The position numbers and the translations under genes were made by a program. Of a DNA stretch of 64,000 bases, positions 42,815 through 55,137 are shown in pieces. The notes under the pieces are model-generated. The model was not told where the DNA came from, ran no database searches, and worked only from the letters and a program-made list of their open reading frames with translations. The DNA is taken from contig CAWIWS010000006.1 in assembly GCA_963839865.1 (NCBI GenBank), forward strand, positions 10,641-74,640, in the 5' to 3' direction. Within the stretch, counting starts at the first letter, position 1. Every line of letters begins with the position of its first letter. Source of the DNA: an uncultured Acidobacteriota bacterium (GTDB taxonomy: Bacteria > Acidobacteriota > Vicinamibacteria > Vicinamibacterales > UBA2999).

Positions 42815-43510
42815 TTACGCGAGCACCTTGATCACGACGCGGCGGTTCTGCGCGCGGCCGTCGCGGGTGTTGTTGGGCGCCACCGGCTTCTCTTCGCCGT
42901 AGCTGATGACGTTCATCTTGTGCAGCGGCACCTGGTGCTTCTCGTAGAGGTAGCGCTTCACGGCTTCGGCGCGCTTCAGGCCGAGCGCCTCGTTGAACTT
43001 CGCGTCGCCGACGTTGTCGGTGTGGCCTTCGATCTCGATCCACACCGCCGTCTTGTTGTCGGCCTTGAACTTGGCCACCATCTGGTCGATGGCCGCCTTC
43101 GCTTCGTCGGGCAGGTCGGCCGCGCCGAACTTGAACTTGCCCTTGTCCTCGCTGAGCACGGTCTCGAAGATCAGCTTGCGGGTCTCGGTCTCGACGGCCG
43201 CGGCGTGCGCGTCGGCCTTCTTGCCGACTTCGGCCGCCGGTGGCGGCGGCGCCGTTGGCCGAGCTTCGGCGGCCTGCTGCGCCTGGCCGGCGGCGGCGTT
43301 GGCGGCCTGCGGCCTTCTGGTCGACCTCGCCGATCTTCTGCTCGTTCTGCTTGACGCGCTCCTGCGTCTCCTCGAGCGACTTGCGAGCGTGCCGACCTTC
43401 TCGTTGACGTCGCCCACCGACTGGCGCACGAACTTCTTGGTCGCGCACGCGGGCGCCACGGCCAGCGTTACGGCAAACACACCCACCACGAACATGGACT
43501 TGCGCATCAT
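42815..43510 (-). CDS. OmpA family lipoprotein
   Basis: Lipobox VAPAC; IEGHTD, LGLKRAEAV, SYGEEKP, NRRV. Confidence 0.92.
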   Translation of the reverse strand: MMRKSMFVVGVFAVTLAVAPACATKKFVRQSVGDVNEKVGTLASRSRRRRSASSRTSRRSARSTRRPQAANAAAGQAQQAAEARPTAPPPPAAEVGKKADAHAAAVETETRKLIFETVLSEDKGKFKFGAADLPDEAKAAIDQMVAKFKADNKTAVWIEIEGHTDNVGDAKFNEALGLKRAEAVKRYLYEKHQVPLHKMNVISYGEEKPVAPNNTRDGRAQNRRVVIKVLA

Positions 43511-43553
43511 TCGTCTCCTTCACTCAGATCACCAGATCATTCAGATCACACGT

Positions 43554-44516
43554 TCACGAAATCCGACCGCCGCCAGCGACGTATCCGCCGCGCGCGCGGA
43601 CCGTCATGTCCTTCTTCTTCGTCCGAATCTCGATCGGATGCCAGCCCGCGTCCGCGCCCGGCTCGAACGCGATCAGATACATGCTGCCGCAGCTCGTCGA
43701 TCACCGACGCGCGCCGCCAGGCTGGCCGACGCCGACGTGCTGGCTGTAGAACAGCGCGCCGCCCGTCCACCGCGCCAGGTCTGCGATCGTGCCCACCGAG
43801 GCCGGCACCTGCGACTGCGTCTGCGGCGTCGCGCGATCCGATGTCCGGGGTCGTCGATGGGCAGCACGACGGCGATCACGTAGACCGGCACGTCGATCGC
43901 CGCGGCCATGCCGAGACTTCCGCCGGCGTCAGCCGGCTCGCCGTGTCGATGCCGTCGGTCAGCACCACGACGGCGCGGCGCTGGGTTGGCCGCGCTCGCC
44001 ACGCGCGCGGCCGCTTCGGCAATGGCATCGTGCAGCGAGGTGGCCCCGAACGGATCGACCTCCCCCAGCGCGCCCTGCAGGGCACGCGTATCGACCGTAA
44101 ACGGGGCCACCTCGTGCAGCCGGCTGTCGAACGCAAACAGCGCGGCTTCGTCGCGGCCCTCCTCCAACCAGGACAGGAGGTGATGGGCCGCAAACTTCGC
44201 GGCGGTCATGCGGGCGGCGACGTCCATGCTGCCGCTCACATCGAACAGGATCGCCAGGCTCACGGGCGCCCGGTCGGCGCGGAACTCGCTGATCGCGCGG
44301 CGCGTCGCCGCGGTCGAACACTTCGAAGTCCCGGGCGGTCAGGTCCCGGACGAGCCGTCCCTTTCCGTCGCGGACCGTCGCGCTCACGGTGACGAGGTCG
44401 ACGCCCGCCTCGAAACATCGCGCCGGCGTCCGGCCGGCGTCCTGCGCCAGGCCTGGCGCCGGGACGATCATGAGCCCCGCAGCCCAGCACGCGACGGCCA
44501 GGATCACCCGCCGCAT
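43554..44516 (-). CDS. VWA domain protein (Acidobacterial type; frameshifted)
   Basis: VDLVTVSATVRD, LFDVSGSM (MIDAS), TSLHDA, VVLTDGIDT, VRARGGY. Confidence 0.88.
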
Positions 44517-44528
44517 GCCCTCCCTATA

Positions 44529-44544
44529 TCCAAACGCCTTGCCA
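44529..44544 (-). promoter_or_regulatory. Putative sigma54 promoter for the VWA-OmpA genes
   Basis: TGGCAA-GGCGT-TTGGA, about 13 nt upstream of the ATG; non-canonical -12. Confidence 0.3.
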
Positions 44545-44738
44545 AACCCGTAACACGTTGACAGATTAAGACTTAGTATCTAACAGCGGCCTGCTGGACG
44601 CGTATGCTTACGGCAGGAGCCAGTGTACGGTGTAGCAATTACATGATGCTATGCTCAGGTGCGCGTAGCGGCTCGCTGCACGATGCTGGGCACCGACCTG
44701 GCACCTGCACCGACGCTGGCACCGAGTTCCGGCTGATC

Positions 44739-45975
44739 ATGCCATCGCCGTCACCACCGATCGCCGCCATCCGTACCGCGCAGCGCGTGGACCGCTTCAC
44801 CTACGCCATCCGCAACATCGTCGCCGAGGCGAAGAAGGTCGAGGCAGACCGGGATGCGGGTGCGCTACCTCAACATCGGCGACCCGAACCAGTTCGGGTT
44901 TCTCACGCCGCCGCACCTGATCGAGGCGGTGGCCAAGGCGATGCGCGATGGGCACAACGGCTACACGCCCTCGCCCGGCATCGTCGAGGCGCGCGAGGCG
45001 GTGGCGGCGGATTTCGCGCGCGCGCGGCGTGGCGGTGTCGCCCGACCGCGTGCTGATCACGTCGGGCACGTCCGAGGGCATCGAGCTGGCGCTCACGGCG
45101 ATCGTGGACGAAGGCGAGGAAGTGCTCGTGCCGTCGCCCACCTATCCGCTCTACACCGCGGTGCTCGCGAAGATCGGCGCGGTGCCGGCCTACTACCGCA
45201 CCGACCCGGCCAATCGGCTGGCTGCCCGACCTCGAGCACATCCGCAGCGCTCATCAACGCGAAGACGCGCGCGCTCGTGGTGATCGATCCGAACAACCCG
45301 ACCGGCGCGATCTATCCCGAGTCGACGCGGCGCGCGCTGATCGCGCTGGCCGAGGAGCACGGGCTCGTGATCCTGGCCGACGAGGTCTACGGCGACCTGG
45401 CGTACGACGGCTCGGTGCCGCCGATGGCGGCGCTCGACAACCAGGCGCCGATCATTTCCTACTCGAGCCTGTCGAAGGCGTATCTCGCGCCCGGCTGGCG
45501 CGCGGGCTGGATGGCGGTGGGCGCGTCGCCGCGCCTCGACGCCGCGCTGGCCGCGATCAAGAAGCTGGCGGACGGCCGCCTCTGCAGCCCCGGCCCGATG
45601 CAGTACGCGGTGACGGCGGCGCTCACCGGCGATCGATCGCACCAGGTCGCGTTCCGTCAGCAACTGCGGGAGCGCGCCGACGCTGACGACCGACGCGCCT
45701 CAACGCCATCCCCGGCATGTCGTGCGTCGCGCCGAAGGCCGCGTTCTACGCGATGCCGCAGGTGACGCTGCCCGCCGGGAAGACCGACCAGGACTTCGTG
45801 CTCGGCGCTGCTGCGCGCGAAGGGCATCCTGTGCGTGTACGGATCGGGCTTCGGCATGGCGGCCGACGGCGGCTTCTTCCGCGTCGTGTTCCTCGCGTCG
45901 CCGAAGGATCTGGGCACGATCTACGACGACATGGCGGACTTCACGGCCGGCTACCTGCGCAACGCGCAGGCGTAA
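44739..45975 (+). CDS. PLP-dependent aminotransferase class I/II (AlaA-like; frameshifted)
   Basis: FTYAIR, LNIGDP, GTSEGI, PTYPLY, DPNNPTG, ADEVY, LSKAYLAPGWRAGW. Confidence 0.9.
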
Positions 45976-47017
45976 TGTCCAATGAGCCGCGCAAGCTGAT
46001 CGTCTTCGCCATCTTCGCCGCCGCGGTCGCGGTGATGCTGCTGTGGACGGTGTACGAGGTGCGAGGCCAGCTGCTGCTGATCTACGTCAGCGGCCTGTTC
46101 GCCACGGGCATCGCGCCGCTCGTGCGGATGATCGAGCGGAAGCGCGTGTTGCGGCATCCGCACGCGGCGCATGCCGCGCTGGGTCGCCATCCTCGCGATC
46201 TACCTGACGGTGCTCGCCCTGCTCGCCGGGCTCGTCGCGGCCGTGTTCCCGCCGATGGTGATGCAGGCGCAGCAGTTGTGGAGGGACCTGCCCGCGCGCG
46301 TGGACGCGATTCAGCGGCAACTGGTGGCCTGGGGCGTGTTCCCCGCCACCGTCACGCTGCAGGACCTGCTCCAACGCCTGCCGTCGGGCAGCGCGGACGT
46401 GGTGTCCACCATCCTGGCCGGCCTCTGGGGATTCGTCGGCGGCCTGTTCGGCATGATCGCCATCCTCATGCTGACGTTCTACCTGCTGGTCGAATCGCAG
46501 GGCGTCTTCGACCTCTTCGTCAAGCTGTGTCCGCCGCAACACCGCGAGCGCGTCGCCGAGGTGAGCGCGCGCGTCGCCGTGAAGATCAGCGCGTGGCTTG
46601 GCGGCCAGGCGCTGCTCGGCATGATCATCGGCGTGACGTCCGGGATCGGCCTGGCCCTGCTCGGGGTGCCCTACTTCTTCGTGCTCGCGCTCATTGCGGG
46701 CATCGGCGAGACGATCCCGATGGTCGGTCCGATTCTCTCGGCCATTCCCGCCGTCGCCGTCGCGCTCACGGTGTCGCCGGGCCTGGCGGTGATGGTCGCG
46801 GTGTTCTTCATGCTGCAACAGGGGATCGAGAACAACTTCCTCGTGCCGCGAGGTGTTGGGCCGCCAGGTGGGGCTGAGCGCGGTCACGGTGATCGTCGCG
46901 CTGGCGATCGGCACCGAGCTGCTCGGGTTCGTCGGCGCGATTCTCGCGGTGCCGACCGCGGCCATCGTGCAGGTGCTGGTCGAAGAGCTGGTGCTGGACG
47001 ACAAGACGCCGGGCTGA
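45975..47017 (+). CDS. AI-2E family transporter (frameshifted)
   Basis: Multiple TM segments; LTFYLL, WLGGQ, IPMVGP, QGIENNFLVP, GAILAVP. Confidence 0.88.
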
Positions 47018-47024
47018 GTCGTCG

Positions 47025-49009
47025 ATGGCGGACTCCACGAACAATCAACCCGGCGCCCTGTCCGCCGCCCTCACCTACACCGTCGCTCGCGCTCGTCATG
47101 ACCTGGCCGCTCGCGCTCGGCCTCGGGCGCGACGTGCCGGGCGACCTCGGCGACTCGCTCCTCAACATGTGGATCCTCGCGTGGGGATCCGAGCACGTGC
47201 CCGCGGCTGCTCGCCGGCGCGATGTCGTGGACGGCGTTCTGGAACGCCAACATCTTCCACCCGGACCCGCTCGCGCTCACGTTTTCGGAACACCTCTTCG
47301 GGCAGACGCTGCAGATCCTGCCGGTGTACTGGCTCACCGGCAACGTGATCCTCTGCTACAACCTGCTGTTCATCTCGACGTTCGCGCTCTCGGGGTTCGG
47401 CACCTACCTGCTCGTGCGCGACCTCACCGGCGATCGGCGCGCCGCGTTCTTCGCGGGCCTCATCTACGGCTTCCTGCCGTACCGCATCGCGTCGGTGCCG
47501 CACATGCAGGTGATGAGCTCGCAGTGGATGCCGTTCGCGCTCTACGGCCTCAACCGGTTCGTGACCACGCGGGTCGCGGCGCGCGCTCGCCGGCGGGACG
47601 GCGGCGCTCGTGATGCAGAACTGGTCGTGCGGCTACTACCTGCTGTACTTCGCGCCGTTCGCGCCGATCTTCGTCGTCCACCGCATGTGGGTGGCGGGCA
47701 AGCTCAAGGACGCGGCGACCTGGCTGTCGCTCGTCGGCGCCGCGATCGTGACGCTGGCCCTGACGCTGCCGTTCCTGCTGCCGTACACCGAGGCGCAGCA
47801 GCGGTACGGCTTCGAGCGTCCCTTCGGCGAGATCGTGCTGTTCTCGGCCAACGTGTGGTCCTACGTCACGGCGGCCGAGCCGCTCCGCCTCTGGGGCCGG
47901 GCGCTGCGGTTCTACCCGCACGGTGAAGGGGAGACGTTCCTCGGCTTCGTGCCGTGGGTGCTCGCCGTGGTGGCCGGTGTCGGCGCCGTGCGCGCCGCGG
48001 CCGCCGCGCCGACACGCGCGCCCTCGCGCCTCGCGATGCGCGTGCTGACATGGCTGCTCCTCGCCGCCGTCCTCGTGCAGGGCGTCGCCGTCCTGAGCGC
48101 GGTGGTGTTCGGCGGCTTCGACACGAAGATCTTCGGGCTGGCGTTTCGCGCGCGAACGCCGGTGCGCCTGCTCGATCCAGTTCGCGGTCGCCGTCGGGCT
48201 CCTGCTGATCGTCTCGCCGCGCGCGCGCCAGGCCTCCGCCCGGCTGTCCCGATCGCCGGTCGCTGTTCTTCGCCGGCGCCACGCTCCTGGCCATGTGGCT
48301 GTCGCTCGGTCCGCTGCCGTCGGCCGGCGACCAGCACCGTGTCGGGCTTCGGGCTCTACGGCGTCCTCTACACGTACGTGCCGGGCTTCAACGGCGTGCG
48401 CGTGCCGGCGCGCTACGCGATGATCGCCGGCTTGTTCCTCGCCGCTGTCGCGGGTTTCGGCGCGGCCGAAGTGATGAAGTGGAAGCGGGGCGCGCTGATC
48501 GTCGCCGTGGCCGGCGTGCTCGCCCTCCTCGAAGGCGCGGCGGTGCCGCTGGATCTCAATCACGCGTGGGCGCAGAACGAGGCGATGCCGCCGTCGCGCG
48601 TGTTTCCCGCGGCGCAGGCGCCGCCCGTCTACGCCCGCGTCGCCGCCTTGCCGGACGGGGCCGTGATCACGGAACTGCCCTTCGGCGATGCCGCGTGGGA
48701 GATCCGCTACGTCTACTACTCCGCGGCCCACTGGAAGCCGATCACCAACGGCTACAGCGGCTCGTTTCCGCCGGCCTATAAGCGGCGGGTCGCGCGGCTG
48801 CAGGCCGTCGGCCACCGCGCCCGACGCCGCGTGGGACGCCCTGCTCGAGTCGGGGACCACGCACGTCGTCGTCCACGACGCGGCGTTCGCCAGGCCCGAA
48901 CGATGCCACGATGCTCAGGCAGTGGCTCCTCGCCCACGGCGCGGCCATCGTCGGACGCTTCCCGGATGGCGATACGCTCTACAACGTCCGTCCGGCGATG
49001 AGGATGTAG
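47025..49009 (+). CDS. Multi-pass membrane protein, GT-C/YfhO-like glycosyltransferase (frameshifted)
   Basis: DLGDSLLNMWILAW, ANIFHP..LTFSEH, RVPARY, ELPF, HWKPITNGYSG. Confidence 0.7.
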
Positions 49010-49039
49010 AATCCGCGGCACGGGAACCCGGCATCCGAT

Positions 49040-49098
49040 CCCGTAGAACCTGTTGAACCCGTCGACCCTGTAGAACCTGTCGCAACCCGTTGAACCCT
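49040..49098. repeat. 9-nt tandem array (GAACCCGTN-like)
   Basis: cccgtagaacctgttgaacccgtcgaccctgtagaacctgtcgcaacccgttgaaccc. Confidence 0.75.
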
Positions 49099-49110
49099 GC
49101 TTGACCCTAA

Positions 49111-50288
49111 GTGGCCAAAGACTTCTTCGCGCGCTACACCCACGACCTCACCTCCGACGAGCTGGGCAAGCTGTTCACGCGCGAAACGCCGGAAGCCTAC
49201 CGGTTCTTCGCGCGGGGCATCAACACGGCCGAGCTCGACGGCCTGCCCTGGTTCAAGAAGTGCGTGAAGTACGCCCAGGGCGTTCTTCCTGGCCTTCACG
49301 ATGCGCCTGTCACCGGCGCGCCGGCTGATGTACGGCGTGGCGCTGGCCGCCTCCGTGATCGGCCTGCTGCAGCTGTTCCGCGGCTTCGGGTTGATGCGCG
49401 TGCCGGTGCCGATCGCGCTCTTCTTCGTGCACGTCCGCGTGCCCGCCCCGCTCTTCGCCGATGGCACGCTCTGGCTGCTCGGCGGGTTCCTGTTGATGAA
49501 CCTGCTCGTGCTGCTCGAAGTGGCCGACCGCCTCTCGCTCAAGCGCGACCTCGAAGTGGCGCGCGAGATCCAGCAGGCGATGCTGCCCGACGGCACCTGG
49601 TCGGGGCCCGGCGTCGAGGCCTTCGGCCTGACCAAGCCCGCCAACACCGTGGGCGGCGACTTCTACGACATCCTGCCGCAGCCCGACGGCACGGTGCTCG
49701 TGGCGCTCGGCGACGTGGCCGGCAAGGCCAGCCCCGCGGCGCTGCTCATGGCGTTGCTCCTCGCCATCCTGCGCACCCTCGTCGACGAGGACCTGCCGCT
49801 GCCCGACGCTCGTCCGCCGCCTCAACCTGCAGGTGGCGCGGCACGCGCCGGCATCGCGGTTCATCACCCTCTTCCTCGCGTCGTTCAACCCGGCCACGGG
49901 TCGGCTGGCGTTCGTCAACGCGGGCCAGACACCTCCGCTCCTCCGCCGGCAAAATGGGACGATAGAGCGCCTGATGAGCGGCGGCGTGGCGCTCGGCATG
50001 TTCGAAGGCAGCACCTACGAAGAGGGCGAGCAGCAACTGAACGACGGCGACGCGCTGCTGATGTACAGCGACGGCCTGACCGAGGCCGAAAGCCCCGACG
50101 GCAAGCCGTTCGACGAGGCCGGGCTCGAACGCACGCTGGCGTTGCACGCGGGCGCCTACCAGGCCTCGGCCGCCGCCACGCTGGGCCGGGCGATTTTCGA
50201 CGCCGTCGAGCGGCATCGTCGCGACCAGCGCCTCCAGGACGACCTCACGGTCCTCGTGCTGAGCCGGGTCAGAAATTCCGTGGCCTGA
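49111..50288 (+). CDS. Membrane-bound PP2C/SpoIIE (RsbU-like) phosphatase (frameshifted)
   Basis: AREIQQAMLP, VGGDFYD, GDVAGK, FITLF, NAGQ, YSDGLTE, DDLT. Confidence 0.9.
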
Positions 50289-50321
50289 TCCCGATGCGGC
50301 TGGCGTCTAATTGAGGACGGC

Positions 50322-53186
50322 TTGCCTGAGCTGCGCTCGGGGCTACCTGGCTTACGTCTGACGGCTTGCGGCCCTCTCTGTTCTGATCCGCCCTCTGGTC
50401 CTCCTGCTCGTCCTGTCGCCTCGCCCGCTTTCGCGGGGCAGGCCGACGTGCGCGCGCCGGATGCCGAGGAACTGTCGATCCAGGCGTTCCTGCAGGCGGT
50501 GGAGACCTCCATCTCGACGATGGACCGCCAGCGGTGGATCGATCTCCTCTCGCCCCTCGCCGACAGGGACCAGTCCCTCGAGTTCTTCGACGCGATGGTG
50601 CCGCAGGGCATCACGCGCGTGGTCGTCAAGGAACGCGACCGCTCGCCGCTCTTCGGCGCGCTGCCGGGCGAAGGGTACCGGCTCGTCACCGAAGTGTTCA
50701 TGGAGACGGGACCCCGCGGGCGCATCGCCACGTGGCGCCTCGACATCCGGCGCCCGCGCGGCGAGGACATCGGCCCCCAGCCGTGGCGCATCGTCTCGGA
50801 GGATCGCCTCTCGTCGGTCGAAGGGCTGCACCGCCTCGTCGCTCCATCCCGACCACCAGTTCACCGCGCGCAACCTGGTCGTGCCCGCCGTCGACTTCGA
50901 GCTGCGGCTGCCCGCGGGCGACGTCTTCGTCGCCGAGACGCCGGAAGGCGTCACCGCGCTCGTCCTCCTCGGCGAGGGCACGATGGTGTTCCAGCCCGGG
51001 CCGAAGGAGGAGCGCGGACAGCTGAAGATCTTCTGCCGGCGTCGAGGCGCTCGAGACGCCCGTTCACCGCGGCCTTCGTGCGGCTCAACCCGTTCGAGTT
51101 CGAGCAGACGATCGCCGCGGGCATGCTGGAGCCCGTCGACGCGCGACCCGCGCGTCTACCGGCGCGCGCAGGGGGTGTTCGACGACGAGGTGGGCAAGTC
51201 GTTCAGCCTCGACCTGAGCGACCTGAGCCGCGATACGTGGTCGCTGCTGCCGCAGCCGGGCGATTTCGTCGCCGAGGTGCGCACGCGGCGGTACGACGCG
51301 ATCACCTACGCGCGCGCGGCCGGCGAGCCCGAGGACGTCACGATGTTCCAGCGCGTCGCGCAAGCGCAACATCTCGTCGTACGCCTCGGCGCAGAAGCTC
51401 GCGAGCCGCGGCCGCTTCTACGACGAGGACGACCTCGCCGAGTACGACGTGATGGACTACAACGTCGACGCGGCGTTCCAGCCCGCGCGCGACTGGATCG
51501 ACGGCACGCACGCGGCTGAAGCTCCGCGTCACCTCGTTCGCACTCGGCGTGCTCACGCTGCGCCTCGCGGACAACCTCACCGTGACATCGGTGACGAGCG
51601 ACGAGCTCGGGCCGGCTGCTCTTCCTCCGCGTCAAGAACCAGAACAGCATCGTCGTCAACCTGCCGACGCCGGTGGCGCGAGATTTCGTGCTCACGTTGA
51701 CCATCGCGTATTCCGGCCGGATGCCGAGCCAGGGCATGCAGGAGGAGTCGGTGACCGTGGCCGCGGAACAACGGAACTCGCAGCCGGATGACCTGTCGCT
51801 GGTGCCGGCCGAGCCCAAGTGGTTGTACAGCAACCGGACCTATTGGTATCCGCAAGGCGGGGTGACCGACTACGCGACGGCGTCGATGCGCATCACGGTG
51901 CCCGCGGAGTACGACGTCGTGGCCTCGGGCGTCCCGGCGTCGGGGTCGCCGTCGTACCTGCGCGGCCGCGCCGCCCGCGAGCGTGGCCCGCGCCGTCTAC
52001 ATCTTCCATGCCGCCGCAGCCGCTGCGGTATCTCGGGGTCGTGATCAGCAAGATGTCGCGCGTCGACGCCGCCACCGTGGCGCTCGACATCGTCCCGCCG
52101 GCGCCGCAAGCGCTCAGGCCCGCGGCGCCCGAGCCGCCGCGCCTCCCGTCCGCGAGCTTGCAGGCGCAGTTGGCCAGCCTGCAGGCGGTGGTTCGTCCCG
52201 TGCCCCCCGTGGGCGGCCGCAACACCGTGTTTCTCGCGGTGGACGCGAACAAGCGGCAGGAATCGAGGGCCCGTGACGCGATCGACACCGGCGCCGAGAT
52301 CCTGCGGCTGTACGCCGGGCTCATCGGCGACGTGCCGTACGACACCTTGACGATGGCGATGGTCGAGGACGAGGTGCCCGGCGGTCACGCGCCCGGGTAT
52401 TTCGCCATGCTCAACTACCCGTCGCCCATGGCGGGCGTCACGTGGCGCAACGACCCGGCGACTTTCCAGAATTTTCCGGAGTTCTTCATGGCCCACGAAC
52501 TGGCGCACCAGTGGTTTGGCCAGGCCGTGGGGTGGAAGAACTATCACGAGCAGTGGTTGAGCGAGGGCTTCGCGCAATATTTCGCCGCCCTCTACGCGCG
52601 GGAGCGCCGGGGCGAGCCGGCGTTCCGAGAAATCCTGCGGCAGTTCCGGCGCTGGGCGCTGGACGACTCCGACCAGGGGCCGGTGTACCTGGGCTATCGC
52701 CTGGGTCACATCAAGAACGAGTCCCGGGTCTTCCGCGCGCTGGTCTACAACAAGGGCGCGGCGGTGCTCCACATGCTGCGGCGCCTGGTGGGCGACGAGG
52801 CGTTCTTCAAGGGGATCCGCCGCTTCTACGCCGAGAACCGGTTCAAGAAGGCGGGCACGGACGACCTCCGCAAGGCCATGGAGGCCGAGAGCGGCCGGAG
52901 CTTGGAGCGGTTTTTCGAGCGCTGGATTTACGACTCGACCCTGCCCCGCCTGAAGTTCTTCTCTGTGCTGGACGGCACGGACCTGGTCGTGCGGTTCGAG
53001 CAGGTGGGCGAGGTGTTCGACGTGCCCGTCACGGTCACCGTGACCTACACCGACGGCCGGACCACCGAGCACGTCGTGGCCGTGACCGACCAAGTCACCG
53101 AAGCCCGGATTCCGCTGGCCGGCACGCTCCGCAGCGTGGACACCAACCAGGACGGCGCCGCGGTCGCGCTGATTGAGAAGAAGTAG
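50322..53186 (+). CDS. M1 family aminopeptidase-like protein (frameshifted; start uncertain)
   Basis: AHELAHQWFG..WLSEGFA (HExxH-18-E), VYNKG..LHML, FFERW. Confidence 0.85.
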
Positions 53187-53191
53187 CTCGG

Positions 53192-53259
53192 GGCCTGGGT
53201 CCTGGGTCGTAAGCCGTAAGCCGTAAGCCGTGACAAGCGTCCGTAAGCCCCTAAGCCCT
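53192..53259. repeat. GTAAGCC heptamer array
   Basis: gtaagccgtaagccgtaagccgtgacaagcgtccgtaagcccctaagccc. Confidence 0.85.
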
Positions 53260-53278
53260 GAAGTATCATTTAGAGGCA

Positions 53279-55112
53279 ATGGAAAACGTCACGCTGACCA
53301 TCGATGGCCGCCAGGTTTCCGTGCCCAAGGGCACGACGGTTCTCCAGGCCGCCAGCGAAGCGGGAATCCAGATTCCTTTCTACTGTTACCACCCCGGCCT
53401 GGGCATCGACGCCTCGTGCCGCGTGTGCCTCGTGAAAATCGAGAAGATGCCCAAGCTGCAGACGTCGTGCTCGACGCCGGTGGCCGAGGGCATGGTGGTG
53501 CACACGCAGGACGCCGAGTCGGTCGAGGGCCGCGCGGGGGTGTTCGAGTTCCTGCTGGTCAACCACCCGCTGGATTGCCCGGTGTGCGACAAGGGCGGCG
53601 AGTGCCCGCTCCAGGACTTCTCGTACACGTACGGCAAGGGCGAGAGCCGCATGGACTTCCCCCGCCGCACGTTCGACGGCGAGGGCGTGAAGGCCGACGT
53701 GGACTTCGGCCCCACGCTGATGCTCAATCGCAACCGCTGCATCATGTGCACGCGCTGCGAGCGCTTCATGCGCGAGGTGGACGGCGACGCGCAGATCGGC
53801 GTGATCAACCGCGGCAACGGCAGCGAGATTGCCACCTTCAACGAGCAGGGCATCCACTCGCTCCTCTCGGGCAACCTGATGGACGTCTGCCCCGTCGGCG
53901 CCATCACGACCAAGCACTACCGGTTCCGGTCGCGCCCGTGGGACAACCCGCACGCCGTGGACACCACGTGCACGGGGTGCTCGAAGGGCTGCAGCACCAC
54001 GTCGTGGCTCAAGGCCAAGCCCGAGTGGGCCAAGGGCTCGCGCCTCGTGCGCATCACGCCGCGCCACAACCCCGCGGTCAACGATTTCTGGATGTGCGAC
54101 ATCGGCCGCTTCCAGTACCTCTGGGTCGAGGGCGACAACCGCCTGAAGAAGCCGACCATCCTGACCAAGGACGGCGTGCAGCAGGTGGCCACGTGGAAGG
54201 ACGCGCTCACGCGCGTCCGCGATCTGCTGAACGCCGCCGGCCGTCGCGATCCGGCGTCGGTGCGGATGCTCGCGTCGGCGCACGCGTCGCACGAGGAGCT
54301 GTTCCTGCTCAAGCGCCTCGCCGAGGATCTCAAGGGCGAGGGCGGCGCGTCTCACGTGCACGTCGCGTGGCGGCGCACCGAGAAGCAGCAGCCGGCGGGC
54401 ACCAAGTTCCCGGTTCCGGCCACCGACGCGCCCAACCTCACCGGCGCGCAGGACCTGGGCCTGGCGGTGAACGGCACGCTCCAGACCGAGTGCGACCTGT
54501 CCAGCCTCCGCGCGGCCATCGACCAGGACCGCGTGGCGGTGTTGTACGTGGTGGACCCCGGTCCCGAGGGGTCGATGGGCGACCTCACGTGGATCATCGA
54601 GGCCCGCAAGAGCGGCCGCCTGCCCGTGATCGTTTACCAGGGCGTGCTGCAGACCGAGATCGCGAAGATCGCCGACGTGGTGCTGCCCGGTGCCGCGTGG
54701 GTTGAGAAGGACGCCTGCTACACCAACGACCAGGGCATGGTGCAGGCCGTGTCGAAGGCCCTCGCCTCGCCGGGCGAAGCGGTCGAGGACTGGCAGATCC
54801 TCACGAGCGTCGCCGCGGCGCTGGGCCTGCCCTACACCTACACGAGCTCGCACGAGGTGCGCGCTGGACGTGGCGCGCCTGCTCGGCACGATGACGAAGT
54901 ACGCGACCCTCACCGAGCAGGTCTTCAACCGTCCCGTGAGCGCGGAGACCTGGCTCAAGGCGAGCAACCCGATGGAGCGCTGGAAGTGGGACGCGATGTT
55001 CCAGGACCTGCCGCCGGTGAAGGGGCACAACGTGCAGATGGAAGGCGCCCATCGGTCCACGGTGATCCCGCTGCGCCTCGTGACCGAAGAGATCTCGCGC
55101 GCATCTGAGTAG
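53279..55112 (+). CDS. nuoG: NADH-quinone oxidoreductase subunit G-like protein (frameshift near 3' end)
   Basis: CYHP..SCRVC..TSC (N1b), NHPLDCPVCDKGGEC (N5), CIMCTRC..CPVGA (N4), CTGCSKGC..MCDIGR (N7). Confidence 0.85.
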
Positions 55113-55137
55113 GGATAACTGTTATCCTGAGCCGGAC

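Noticed and set aside
43521-43550. CAGATCA short tandem upstream of ompA as an operator
   Set aside because: Three imperfect units only; cannot be distinguished from the general short-repeat background
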